Source: Bacteroidota bacterium (GTDB lineage: Bacteria; Bacteroidota; Bacteroidia; NS11-12g; UBA955). Taken from it: a stretch of DNA of 64,000 nucleotides. The notes under the pieces were generated by a model. The model saw only the letters and a list, made by a program, of their open reading frames with translations. It did not search any database and was not told where the DNA came from. Location of the stretch: positions 253-64,252 of the forward strand of contig JAURGZ010000005.1 of the NCBI GenBank assembly GCA_030833525.1, written 5' to 3'. Below, in pieces: positions 29,699 through 38,529 of this stretch; position 1 is the stretch's first letter, and every line of letters starts with the position of its first letter. A program made the translations under genes and the position numbers.

Positions 29699-30662
29699 TT
29701 TTGGAAGCAAGAGTCCCAAAAATAGCCAAATTTGGCGGGAGCTGTTTGATTTTCAGCGCCGGCACAATCCCGTGTACGGCCAGTGGTGCGATTTGATGGG
29801 TTTCCCGTTGGACAAACCAGCACCAAACGATTGGCGCGAAGTGCCCTTTTTGCCCATCTCGATGTTCAAGCAGCACCGGGTTTATACCGCTTCAACCCAA
29901 CCCGAAGTCAGTTTTTTTAGCTCATCTACCACGGGGCAAGGGCAAAGCCAACACGCTGTGGCCGATTTATCGTTGTACCGCCGTGCCTTTCAACAGGGGT
30001 TTGAGCACTTTTTTGGCCCAGCCAATGAATACGCTTTAATGGCCTTATTGCCGAGTTATTTGGAGCGAGAAGGCAGCTCTTTGGTTTACATGGTGGAGCA
30101 GCTCATGGATCAAGCCCAGGCGCCAAAGGGCTTTTATTTGCACGATCACGCGGCATTGTTGGAAGGGCTGGCCGAGGCCGAAGGCCGAGGCATCAAGACT
30201 TTGTTGTGGGGAGTCAGCTTTGCTTTGCTTCAACTCGCTGAAGCTTACCAAGGACCGCCGTTGCAGCATACCCAAATCATCGAAACCGGAGGCATGAAGG
30301 GGCGCGGCCCCGAAATGACCCGGGCCGCTTTGCACGCGGCCTTGCAGGCCTCGTTTGGCCCCAAACCCATCGCCAGTGAATACGGCATGACCGAACTCCT
30401 GTCTCAAGCCTATGCATTAAGCCATGGCCGCTTTTTCACCGGCCCAACCCTGGAATTGCACATTCAAGACCCCAGCGACCCCAAAAACTGGCTCGGGCAT
30501 GAACGAAGCGGGCGGGTTTGCGCCATCGACTATGCCAATGTGTACAGCTGCAGTTTCATCGCCACCGACGATCTTGGGCGCAGCCATTCCGATGGAAGTT
30601 TGGAAATTTTAGGCCGATTGGATCACAGCGAAATTCGCGGCTGCAATCAACTGGCGCTGTAG
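29673..30662 (+). CDS. LuxE/PaaK-like acyl-protein synthetase (adenylate-forming enzyme)
   Basis: N-terminus MNSTLENRIFGSK...ELFDFQRRHNPVYGQWCDLMGF (LuxE-like). P-loop-like FFSSSTTGQGQ. YGMTELLS (YGxTE) and ETGGMKGRG. Confidence 0.7.
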   Translation: MNSTLENRIFGSKSPKNSQIWRELFDFQRRHNPVYGQWCDLMGFPLDKPAPNDWREVPFLPISMFKQHRVYTASTQPEVSFFSSSTTGQGQSQHAVADLSLYRRAFQQGFEHFFGPANEYALMALLPSYLEREGSSLVYMVEQLMDQAQAPKGFYLHDHAALLEGLAEAEGRGIKTLLWGVSFALLQLAEAYQGPPLQHTQIIETGGMKGRGPEMTRAALHAALQASFGPKPIASEYGMTELLSQAYALSHGRFFTGPTLELHIQDPSDPKNWLGHERSGRVCAIDYANVYSCSFIATDDLGRSHSDGSLEILGRLDHSEIRGCNQLAL

Positions 30663-30715
30663 ATCAGTCCGGAACAAGCAGAAGTGGCACCCCCCCATCC
30701 GCCAGAAAAGTACCA

Positions 30716-30890
30716 ATCTGAGTATACTCTTGGAAGGGCGCATGCCGAGACATCGATATCCGCCGGGGAAAGTATCTATCTGAGTATACCCTAAGCAGGG
30801 CTCAGGCCAACGCATCGCCAGCTGCCAGAGAATGCACCCGGCATGAGAAAACCCTTGGCAGGGCTCAGGCTAAGGCAGCGAATCACGCCA
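30716..30890. repeat. Three degenerate tandem copies of a ~62-nt unit in the convergent LuxE/MMPL intergenic region
   Basis: Units start at 30716 and 30778 with identical atctgagtatac. Core cttggaagggcgcatgcc...atccgcc, ctaagcagggctcaggcc...agctgcc, cttggcagggctcaggct...atcacgcc. Estimated 65-75 percent identity by eye. Confidence 0.4.
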
Positions 30891-30893
30891 TGG

Positions 30894-33245
30894 TCAATCT
30901 TCGTCTTCGTCGGGAAGATCCAGAACGGTCTCTCTCAGTTCCAAACGCGCGTTGATCGAATCTTCGAAGCTCAAAATCAAAGCGGGCAGCAAGAACAAGT
31001 TGGCCGCCATACCGGCGAACAAGGTCAGACCGGTAAGCCAACCCAAGGCTTGGGTGCCTTGAAAATCAGAGAAGGTAAAAATCAGGAAGCCCGAACAAAC
31101 CGCGACCATGCTGTAGACCATGCTTACCCCTACTTCAGAGATGGTATGATTGAGCGAATCGCGCAAACTGCGGTTGTTCTTGATCAATTCGCGCCTGAAG
31201 GTGGTCATGAAGTGAATCGTGGCATCGACGGTAATTCCAAAAGCAATCGAGAACACCAGAATGGTGCTCGGCTTCAAGGGCACGTTGAAGTAGCCCATGG
31301 TACCCGCGGTAATCAGCAAGGGCACTAAGTTGGGAATGATGGCGATCATGACCATTCGAATGCTGGGGAACAGCAAGCCCATGGTCAGGGAAATGATCAA
31401 CAAAGACCAGAAAGTGGCCTTTTTCAAACTGTCGAACAGATAACTATTGCCTTTCAAGAAAATGGCCGAAGTACCCGTGACTTTTACATCGTATTCCTCT
31501 TCGGGGAAGATCTTGTGAACCAAGGTATGCACCTGTTCAGATAAGCTGTCGAGTCGAACCGATCCCACGTCCTTGATTTGATAGGATATGCGAATGGTGG
31601 TTTGAGTGCTGTCAATCAAGCCGCGAATCAGGGCGTTGTTTCCCTCTTGTGGAGCCGGCATGCGCATGGCAATTTCACCCAAATCAAATGAATTGGGAAC
31701 ACGGTAAAAGCGAGGATCTCCCTGATTGTATACCTGGTTGGCGAAGGAAACCACCTCTACCACGCTCAGGGGCTTGGAAAGTTCAGGGAATCGTCGCAGG
31801 CGCTTTTGCAGACTCTGAGCCTTGTTCAACATGGCCGCAGAGGTAGCACCGCCTTCATCGTCTGCCGTTACCAAAATTTCATAAGGCATGACGCCTTTGA
31901 AGTGGGACTGGAAAAACTCCAAGTCTTGGTAAAGCTTGGATTCGTGCGGTATGTCATCGACCATGTAAGCCAAAGGCTTCAGACGAAGCATGAATACGGC
32001 CGAAAATGTCACCAACAGAATGGACCAGAAATAAATGCGTCTCTTGTGGTTGAAAGCCATGTACCGCACCCAAGAGAGGAAATTATTGACGTTTTTGGCA
32101 TCCAAGTGAGCCGTTTGACGCTCACTGGGCACGGGCAAGAAACTGTACAAAGCCGGTATGCCAATGATGTTGATGAAGAAGACCGTATTGATGGTCAAAA
32201 AGGCAACCAAACCAAACTGCTCGAGCATGGTCGTTTTGGTGAAATAGAATGTACCAAAGCCAATGGCCGTGGTAAAGTTGATCAAGAAAGTAGCCACTCC
32301 GATGCGGGAAATGATGCGCGCCAAGGCCTTGGCCTTGTTGTTGTGACGGCGATATTCTTCGTGGTATTTGTTGATCAAATAAATGGTATTCTGTACCCCT
32401 ACCACCACCAACAGTGGAGGCAAAGTTCCAGTGAGCAAGGTGAGTTTATATCCCAAGATGGAAGAGAATCCCAGCATGGTGAGCACCCCAATGGCAATGA
32501 ACAACAGGCTAATGGCCAAGGTGCTGATCGAACGGAAAAACAGCAAGATCAACAAGGCCGTCATCACGAAGGCCACTCCTGTGAAGAGAATGATCTCGTC
32601 TTTCACCGTTGTAGCCAGGGCGGTACGCACATAGGGCAAGCCTGAGATGTGCAGTTCGATGTTATGCGCTTCGGCAAAGGCCTCGAATTGCTTTTCTATG
32701 CCTTGAATGGTAGGAATGCGGTCTTTGCTGTCCAAGATGGAATCTTTGACCACCACCAAAGTCAGAGCCACATCGGTTTGACGGTTGTAAAGCAAGCCAT
32801 CGTAGAATTTCAAATTCAGAAATAGATCGCGAAGGCTATCCAAATCAGCTTGATCGGCTACTGGGCCGCCAAACAAGGGCTGCAAGCGAAACATGTCGCT
32901 GGAGTCGAGCACCAGGGTCGAGGTTCGAGCCGGTGACAATACTTCAATGATAGCGGGGTTGGCAGCGATTTCATCGCAGAGGCGACGGTAATCGTTGAAG
33001 AACTCCTTCTTCCACATCTGGTCGGTCTGAAAACCTACGACCAGTTTGTTGCCGTCTTCACCAAAGGTCCTCTTGAACTGAATGTAATCGACAAAGTCGG
33101 GATCGTTTTTCGGCACCAGTTTTTGCATGCCGTAATCCATGTCCACCTTGGTGGCGTAAAAGCCCATAAGACCCGTAAAAGCCAAGATGGCCAGAATGAA
33201 ATACCACCGCTTTTTAAGGACGAAGGTGGCTATGCTATCCCACAT
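30894..33245 (-). CDS. MMPL/RND superfamily exporter (12-TM, two large periplasmic loops)
   Basis: 783 aa. N-terminal TM then periplasmic domain. Two TM bundles (e.g. GVATFLINFTTAIGFGTFYFT). Typical of predicted-exporter MMPL proteins. Confidence 0.8.
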   Translation of the reverse strand: MWDSIATFVLKKRWYFILAILAFTGLMGFYATKVDMDYGMQKLVPKNDPDFVDYIQFKRTFGEDGNKLVVGFQTDQMWKKEFFNDYRRLCDEIAANPAIIEVLSPARTSTLVLDSSDMFRLQPLFGGPVADQADLDSLRDLFLNLKFYDGLLYNRQTDVALTLVVVKDSILDSKDRIPTIQGIEKQFEAFAEAHNIELHISGLPYVRTALATTVKDEIILFTGVAFVMTALLILLFFRSISTLAISLLFIAIGVLTMLGFSSILGYKLTLLTGTLPPLLVVVGVQNTIYLINKYHEEYRRHNNKAKALARIISRIGVATFLINFTTAIGFGTFYFTKTTMLEQFGLVAFLTINTVFFINIIGIPALYSFLPVPSERQTAHLDAKNVNNFLSWVRYMAFNHKRRIYFWSILLVTFSAVFMLRLKPLAYMVDDIPHESKLYQDLEFFQSHFKGVMPYEILVTADDEGGATSAAMLNKAQSLQKRLRRFPELSKPLSVVEVVSFANQVYNQGDPRFYRVPNSFDLGEIAMRMPAPQEGNNALIRGLIDSTQTTIRISYQIKDVGSVRLDSLSEQVHTLVHKIFPEEEYDVKVTGTSAIFLKGNSYLFDSLKKATFWSLLIISLTMGLLFPSIRMVMIAIIPNLVPLLITAGTMGYFNVPLKPSTILVFSIAFGITVDATIHFMTTFRRELIKNNRSLRDSLNHTISEVGVSMVYSMVAVCSGFLIFTFSDFQGTQALGWLTGLTLFAGMAANLFLLPALILSFEDSINARLELRETVLDLPDEDED

Positions 33246-33281
33246 GGGCGCAAAGGTACGACTATACTAGGGCTAAATGAA

Positions 33282-33307
33282 AACCGCCGGCCAAAAGGCC
33301 GGCGGTT
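33282..33307 (-). terminator. Rho-independent terminator after rplI
   Basis: aaccgccggcc-aaaa-ggccggcggtt hairpin. On the minus strand it is followed by ttttcattt. Confidence 0.5.
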
Positions 33308-33350
33308 ACAAACAACAACAATAACCAATTGCAACGATTGGGGCCTCCGA

Positions 33351-33791
33351 TTACTCGGCTACAACCTCAACCTTTACAGTTGCATTGATATCTCTAAACA
33401 AAGTCACAATGGCTTCGTAGCTGCCCAACGTTTTCACGTCGTCCAACATGATCTTGCGACGGTCTACCTCGTAGCCCTGTTCTTTCAACATGTTGGCAAC
33501 CTGAAGCGCGGTGATGCTACCAAAGATTTTACCACTGGTACCTGTTTTGGCAGCCAAGGTCAATGACACGCCATTCAATTTAGCGGCCACAGCTTCAGCG
33601 TCCTTGCGAATTTTATCGAGTTTGAATTCACGCTGGCGAACATCTTCAGCCAACATTTTCAAAGCTCCATCGGTGGCCAACTTGGCCTTGCCCTGGGGGA
33701 TCAAGTAGTTGCGACCGTAACCGGCCTTCACTTCCACTACATCGTCCTTGTAACCCAAGTTTTTGATGTCTTCTGTCAGAATGATTTTCAT
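33351..33791 (-). CDS. rplI: 50S ribosomal protein L9
   Basis: MKIILTEDIKNLGYKDDVVEVKAGYGRNYLIPQGKA. Confidence 0.9.
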   Translation of the reverse strand: MKIILTEDIKNLGYKDDVVEVKAGYGRNYLIPQGKAKLATDGALKMLAEDVRQREFKLDKIRKDAEAVAAKLNGVSLTLAAKTGTSGKIFGSITALQVANMLKEQGYEVDRRKIMLDDVKTLGSYEAIVTLFRDINATVKVEVVAE

Positions 33792-33808
33792 TGCTTCGTT
33801 CTCCTGTT

Positions 33809-34072
33809 TTATTTCAAACCGTCAGCTACGAAGGGCAACAACGCCAAGTGGCGAGCGCGCTTGATGGCCTCTGACATTTTACGCTGATATTTCAAAGAAG
33901 TACCGGTGATGCGCCGGGGCAAAATGCGACCCTGCTCGTTCACGAACTTCAACAAGAAATCTTTGTCTTTATAATCAATGTACTTGATGCCGTGCTTTTT
34001 GAAGCGGCAGTACTTCTTCTGTTGCACCACTTGGGGTGTCTGATTGAAGATGAAATTTGAATCTTTACTCAT
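33809..34072 (-). CDS. rpsR: 30S ribosomal protein S18
   Basis: [18 protein letters not shown]...[28 protein letters not shown]. Confidence 0.9.
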   Translation of the reverse strand: MSKDSNFIFNQTPQVVQQKKYCRFKKHGIKYIDYKDKDFLLKFVNEQGRILPRRITGTSLKYQRKMSEAIKRARHLALLPFVADGLK

Positions 34073-34475
34073 CGTCTTCGACCTCCAATTCTACTTTTTT
34101 CTTGGCAGCGGCTTTAGCAGCGGCTTCCATTTTCTGGCCGTGCAATTCACCGTTGCGTTTCTTTTGGTTGAATTCCATAGACCACTTGTCCATTTTCACG
34201 GTCAAAAAGCGCATCAAACGCTCGTCGCGGCGAAACGCCACTTCCAAGGTTTTGATGAACTGCGAGTCAGCTTTGTACTCGAACAAGTGATAGAATCCCG
34301 TTCCTTTTTTGTCGATGGGATAGGCTAATTTGGTGAGACCCCAGTTTTCTTCATGGACGATCTCCCCACCATTTTCTGTAATCAACCCTCTGTAGCCGGC
34401 AACAGCGTCTTGCATCTGCTGCTCAGAGAGCACGGGTGTTAAAATGATTACAGTTTCATACTGTTGTGTATTCAT
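34065..34475 (-). CDS. rpsF: 30S ribosomal protein S6 (with acidic C-terminal tail)
   Basis: [20 protein letters not shown]. Start reset to 34475. 8-nt overlap with rpsR. Confidence 0.9.
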   Translation of the reverse strand: MNTQQYETVIILTPVLSEQQMQDAVAGYRGLITENGGEIVHEENWGLTKLAYPIDKKGTGFYHLFEYKADSQFIKTLEVAFRRDERLMRFLTVKMDKWSMEFNQKKRNGELHGQKMEAAAKAAAKKKVELEVEDDE

Positions 34476-34580
34476 ACTGTGTGTATTTTGGGGCTGCAAA
34501 GATAGCACTTTATCCACAGCGAGCCAAGTGTTTTTGAAACAAAACAGGCCACCACTTCATCTAGGCTAAGTCCTTGTCAC

Positions 34581-34790
34581 TTAAGGAACGGGATCGTACC
34601 CACTGCCGCCCCAAGGATGGCAAGACGCGATGCGCTTGATCGTCAGACCCAAACCCCTCCAAAAGCCGTGCTTGCGAAAGGCCTCAACCCCATATTGGCT
34701 GCAGGTTGGCGTGTAGCGACAAGCACTGGGAAGCAAGGGCGAGATCAGGGCCTGATAGGCCTTGATGAAAAAAATCGCCAAATGCTTCAT
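34581..34790 (-). CDS. yidD: Membrane protein insertion efficiency factor YidD
   Basis: [42 protein letters not shown]. 4-nt overlap with rnpA. Confidence 0.8.
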   Translation of the reverse strand: MKHLAIFFIKAYQALISPLLPSACRYTPTCSQYGVEAFRKHGFWRGLGLTIKRIASCHPWGGSGYDPVP

Positions 34791-35218
34791 GCCGAACGCT
34801 CCTTCCATTCGGGCAGTGCTGCCAAGCAGCGTTCCAAGATTTTGGCAAATGCTTTTTCCATTTCAGCATGCGAGAGAATTTCTCGACCAGTGAAAATCAA
34901 GGCAGCGGCCAGGTGCATGTCCAACTTTTCCAATTCCTCGTACAAACGGTGTTTTTGGACCCGATACACCTCGCGCATCAGTCGTTTGACTCGGTTGCGA
35001 TCAACCGCTCGCTTGAACGTGCGCTTGGGCGCTGTCATCAGAATTTGAAGACGTGGGCCGGGCGTCCCCTGGGGCAGCCGCATGGCATTCAACCGAAAGG
35101 GGTATTTGGAAACAAAAATGCCGGACTGAAACAGACCGGCAATTATCTTGTCGCTGCACAACCGCTCGTCTTTGCGGAATGTAAACCGCTGAGAGCTGGA
35201 GTGCTGCACGCTTGTCAT
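34787..35218 (-). CDS. rnpA: Ribonuclease P protein component
   Basis: 143 aa basic protein. FRLNAMRL...[18 protein letters not shown] RnpA signature. Confidence 0.85.
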   Translation of the reverse strand: MTSVQHSSSQRFTFRKDERLCSDKIIAGLFQSGIFVSKYPFRLNAMRLPQGTPGPRLQILMTAPKRTFKRAVDRNRVKRLMREVYRVQKHRLYEELEKLDMHLAAALIFTGREILSHAEMEKAFAKILERCLAALPEWKERSA

Positions 35219-35241
35219 GGGCTGAAAGCCGCTCGAAACGC

Positions 35242-35403
35242 TTAGCCTTTGTGGCTACGCTCGTCAGAGACGGTCAATTTCTTGCGACCACGCGCACGGC
35301 GGGCTGCCAAAACACGGCGGCCGTTAGCTGTAGCCATACGCTCACGGAAGCCGTGGCGGTTTTTGCGTTTACGATTCGAAGGCTGGTACGTACGTTTGGT
35401 CAT
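35242..35403 (-). CDS. rpmH: 50S ribosomal protein L34
   Basis: Not in ORF track because it is under 60 aa. Minus-strand ATG at 35403, TAA at 35244-35242. Translation [53 protein letters not shown] (53 aa), the canonical L34 sequence immediately upstream of rnpA. Confidence 0.85.
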   Translation of the reverse strand: MTKRTYQPSNRKRKNRHGFRERMATANGRRVLAARRARGRKKLTVSDERSHKG

Positions 35404-35493
35404 CGCTTTAAATTTTCAAATGGGCTGCAAAGTTAACGCAAGCATTTCTCAAAAGCAATGGGGACTGTCCAAATTTTTAGAGAACTTTGATGC

Positions 35494-36027
35494 ATGGTAA
35501 CCCCAACCCTGTTTTCTCACCGCTCTTCCCTTTTTTCAGGATACATGTGGTTGGTCGTGCTCTTTCCCATGTTGGCCGCCATCATTCCATTGATTTTCAC
35601 GGTCCAATCCCAAGGCTGGGGCGAAGTTTGGCCGGCTTTCGTGATCCTGGCCTTAAGCTTGGGCATGATCGCTTTCATTCGATTGGAATACCGCGTCCTG
35701 GCTCAGCAGTTTCGCTTTCGATTCCTCCCTTTCACCGGGTGGAAATCCCTTGATTTTGTCGATTATGCCGAGGCGCGCCTGATGAAGATCAATGCCATGA
35801 AAGAATTCGGCGGATGGGGCCTTCGCTACGGGCGGCGTTTGGGCAAAGCCTATACCAGCCATGGCTCCTACATTGTTCATTTTGAACCCAAAATCCAAAG
35901 CACCGCTAGCGCCTTCAAGTCATGGAAACCCGGTAATCCCGTCAATTTCACCTGCAACCAAGAAGAATTGAACGCCCTTGAGTCAGCGCTAAAAACAGCG
36001 GGCATGCTCGTGGTGCGGGAGTGTTAG
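35494..36027 (+). CDS. Hypothetical membrane protein (two TM helices plus soluble domain)
   Basis: 177-aa ORF; hydrophobic N-terminal helices MWLVVLFPMLAAIIPLIF and AFVILALSLGMIAFI. No recognisable motif. Confidence 0.4.
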   Translation: MVTPTLFSHRSSLFSGYMWLVVLFPMLAAIIPLIFTVQSQGWGEVWPAFVILALSLGMIAFIRLEYRVLAQQFRFRFLPFTGWKSLDFVDYAEARLMKINAMKEFGGWGLRYGRRLGKAYTSHGSYIVHFEPKIQSTASAFKSWKPGNPVNFTCNQEELNALESALKTAGMLVVREC

Positions 36028-36090
36028 CACTCTGCATCAAAGCCCTCTGATTGAAGGCATTCGAACGCTTTCGAATGAGGCGAGGCTGGT

Positions 36091-38166
36091 TTAAGCAACG
36101 CTCGCACCATCGTTGATGGCCTGTTCGGGTTGCATGAAATGCAATTTCCCGTCGGCATCTTCAGCCATCAAAATCATGCCTTGACTTTCGATACCTCGCA
36201 TGACACGAGGGGCTAAATTGGCCAAGTACAGAACTTGTCGGCCAACAACCTGCTCTGGCTCGAAATGCTGGGCTATGCCGCTCAACACCGTGCGGGTTTC
36301 TGAACCCACCTGAAGTTCGAGATGCAACAGTTTATCGGCCTTGGGAACGGGTTGGCAGGTTTTCACAGTGGCCACGCGCAAATCGAGCTTGGCAAAATCA
36401 TCGTATTGAATCATGGGTTTGAAAGCGGGGGTTGCGGGTTGTACTGAGGGGGCTGAAGCGGCAGCTGAGGCCGCCAAAGAAGCTTGCAGTTTGGCCATTT
36501 GTGCTTCAACCAGCTCGTCTTCAACTCGCTGAAAGAGCAAAGAAACTTCACCAATGCTGTGGCCTTCTGGCAAATGAGGGAGGGCCTTCAACCAGAAGTT
36601 TTGCTTGGTCCCGGCATCTGGATCGGCGCCCAATTGGCCCAACAATCGGGCCGATGCGAACGGCATAAAGGGCTCCATAGCCAAGGCGGTATAATACAAG
36701 ATTTGAGAGGCCCGCGCCAATACGGCTGCAGCGGCTTCTGGATCTTCTTTGACCTTTTTCCAAGGTTCCAAATCGGCTAAAAACTTGTTGCCATAACGGG
36801 CCAATTCCATCATGGCGAATTGAGCATCGCGAAAGCGGTATTCTCGAATGGCGGTGGCTATGGGAGCTACTTTTTCACTCCAAATTGACTCGGGTGACCA
36901 AGGGTATCCGGCTTGATCCATCCATGCTTGATGGGCATTTGAAACAGTGGGTATTTGACCCTGGGCATATTTGTGCAGGAGCACCAAAACTCGGTTGGCA
37001 AAATTGCCCAATATCCCCACCAATTCAGAGTTTACACGGGTTTGGTAGTCCTTCCAAGTAAATTCTGAATCTTTGGTTTCAGGCGCTATAGCCGTTAGCA
37101 CATAACGCAATTCATCTTGGCGGCCGGGTAATTCTTGCAAGTATTCGTGCAACCAAACTGCCCAATTGCGACTGGTAGAGATTTTCTGACCTTCCAAGTT
37201 CAAAAATTCATTGGCCGGCACCTGCTGAGGCACAGCGTATCCGTCTCCTCGAACGTGGAGCATGGCCGGGAAAATGATGCAGTGAAAAACGATGTTGTCT
37301 TTGCCAATGAAGTGAATCACTTCGCTGTCGCCGGTCCACCAAGATTCCCAATCTTCGGGACGCAGCTCGCGGGTGGCCGAAATGTAGCCAATGGGTGCTT
37401 CGAACCACACATAGAGCACTTTACCATCGGCCCCCTCTACCGGAACGGGAATGCCCCATTCCAGATCTCGGGTCATGGCGCGGGGCTTCAAACCGTCGTT
37501 CAACCAGCTCTTGCACTGGCCCAATACATTGCTTTTCCAGCCTTGACGACTGCTGATGTACTCGTTCAGAAATTCAGTCTGCAATCGGTCTAAAGGCAAA
37601 TACCAATTGCGCGTTTCCTTTTTGATGGGCGCTGCACCACTCAAAGCACTTTTGGGCTGGAGCAACTCTTCGGGGCTAAGGGTGGAACCGCATTTTTCAC
37701 ATTGGTCGCCGTAGGCTCCCTCAGCTTGGCAACGCGGGCATGTACCTACAATGTATCGATCGGCTAAGAACTGCTGAGACTCAGGGTCGAAATATTGCTC
37801 AGAGACCTGAACATCAAAGGCTCCTTTTTCCAACAAATTGCTGAAAAATTCTTGCGCGGTTTTGCGGTGCACGGGCGAGGTCGTGCGGCTATAGGTATCA
37901 AAAGAAACCCCTAAGTCGCGAAACGAATCCCCGATGATCTTGTGGTAGCGATCGACCACATCTTGAGGCGTAATGCCCTCTTTTCGAGCCCTGAGGGTAA
38001 TGGGAACCCCGTGCTCATCGCTGCCGCAAATGAACAAAATCTGCTCTCCCATCATGCGCATGGTCCTGGCGTAGATATCAGCAGGAACATACACACCGGC
38101 CAAATGGCCTATGTGCACGGGACCGTTGGCATACGGAAGCGCGGCAGTGATGGTTTTGCGGGTCAT
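36091..38166 (-). CDS. metG: Methionine--tRNA ligase with C-terminal tRNA-binding (EMAP-like) domain
   Basis: HIGH motif PYANGPVHIGHLAG. Zinc knuckle CPRCQAEGAYGDQCEKCG. KMSKS region. C-terminal tRNA-binding fold. Confidence 0.9.
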   Translation of the reverse strand: MTRKTITAALPYANGPVHIGHLAGVYVPADIYARTMRMMGEQILFICGSDEHGVPITLRARKEGITPQDVVDRYHKIIGDSFRDLGVSFDTYSRTTSPVHRKTAQEFFSNLLEKGAFDVQVSEQYFDPESQQFLADRYIVGTCPRCQAEGAYGDQCEKCGSTLSPEELLQPKSALSGAAPIKKETRNWYLPLDRLQTEFLNEYISSRQGWKSNVLGQCKSWLNDGLKPRAMTRDLEWGIPVPVEGADGKVLYVWFEAPIGYISATRELRPEDWESWWTGDSEVIHFIGKDNIVFHCIIFPAMLHVRGDGYAVPQQVPANEFLNLEGQKISTSRNWAVWLHEYLQELPGRQDELRYVLTAIAPETKDSEFTWKDYQTRVNSELVGILGNFANRVLVLLHKYAQGQIPTVSNAHQAWMDQAGYPWSPESIWSEKVAPIATAIREYRFRDAQFAMMELARYGNKFLADLEPWKKVKEDPEAAAAVLARASQILYYTALAMEPFMPFASARLLGQLGADPDAGTKQNFWLKALPHLPEGHSIGEVSLLFQRVEDELVEAQMAKLQASLAASAAASAPSVQPATPAFKPMIQYDDFAKLDLRVATVKTCQPVPKADKLLHLELQVGSETRTVLSGIAQHFEPEQVVGRQVLYLANLAPRVMRGIESQGMILMAEDADGKLHFMQPEQAINDGASVA

Positions 38167-38181
38167 GGCCGCAAAGGTACA

Positions 38182-38529
38182 TCAATTGGGCAGTTCGCAG
38201 GACCCAGAACCAAAGAGCCTGTATCGGTTTTTGGCCACCCAACGATAGACCGCATCGCGCCAACTCAGGGGCACCAAGCGAAGCAACCCCCAGGCTTTGG
38301 AGCGGCTCATTTGCAAAGCCCGAATCACCGCTTCTGAATGCGCAACTACAGCCTCATTTTGCTCAAACAAGAGACTATCTACTCGGGCCCACTCTGGATG
38401 AGCATGCAGCCATTCTTGAGCCTCTTGCAGGGCCACGAATTCCAGGCGATGCGCCTTGGATCCGCGCTGAAGAAAGGCTACACAGCGGCTGCAAAAGCCA
38501 CAATCCCGATCGAAATACAGTCGGTTCAT
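38182..38529 (-). CDS. DCC-family (DUF393) thiol-disulfide oxidoreductase
   Basis: MNRLYFDRDCGFCSRCVAFL CxxC motif characteristic of the DCC1-like family. Start ATG overlaps the upstream stop as TGATG. Confidence 0.65.
   Translation of the reverse strand: MNRLYFDRDCGFCSRCVAFLQRGSKAHRLEFVALQEAQEWLHAHPEWARVDSLLFEQNEAVVAHSEAVIRALQMSRSKAWGLLRLVPLSWRDAVYRWVAKNRYRLFGSGSCELPN

Noticed and set aside
34509-34517. Perfect DnaA box TTATCCACA just upstream of rpsF, near the rpmH-rnpA locus (often close to oriC in other phyla)
   Set aside because: Only a single box. A given 9-mer is expected about 0.5 times by chance in 64 kb on two strands. There is no cluster of boxes, AT-rich DUE or dnaA gene in the window.
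36028-36090. 8-bp perfect hairpin cattcgaa-cgct-ttcgaatg between the convergent hypothetical gene and metG
   Set aside because: No U-tract on either strand, so it is not called as an intrinsic terminator. It may be a weak or factor-dependent one.
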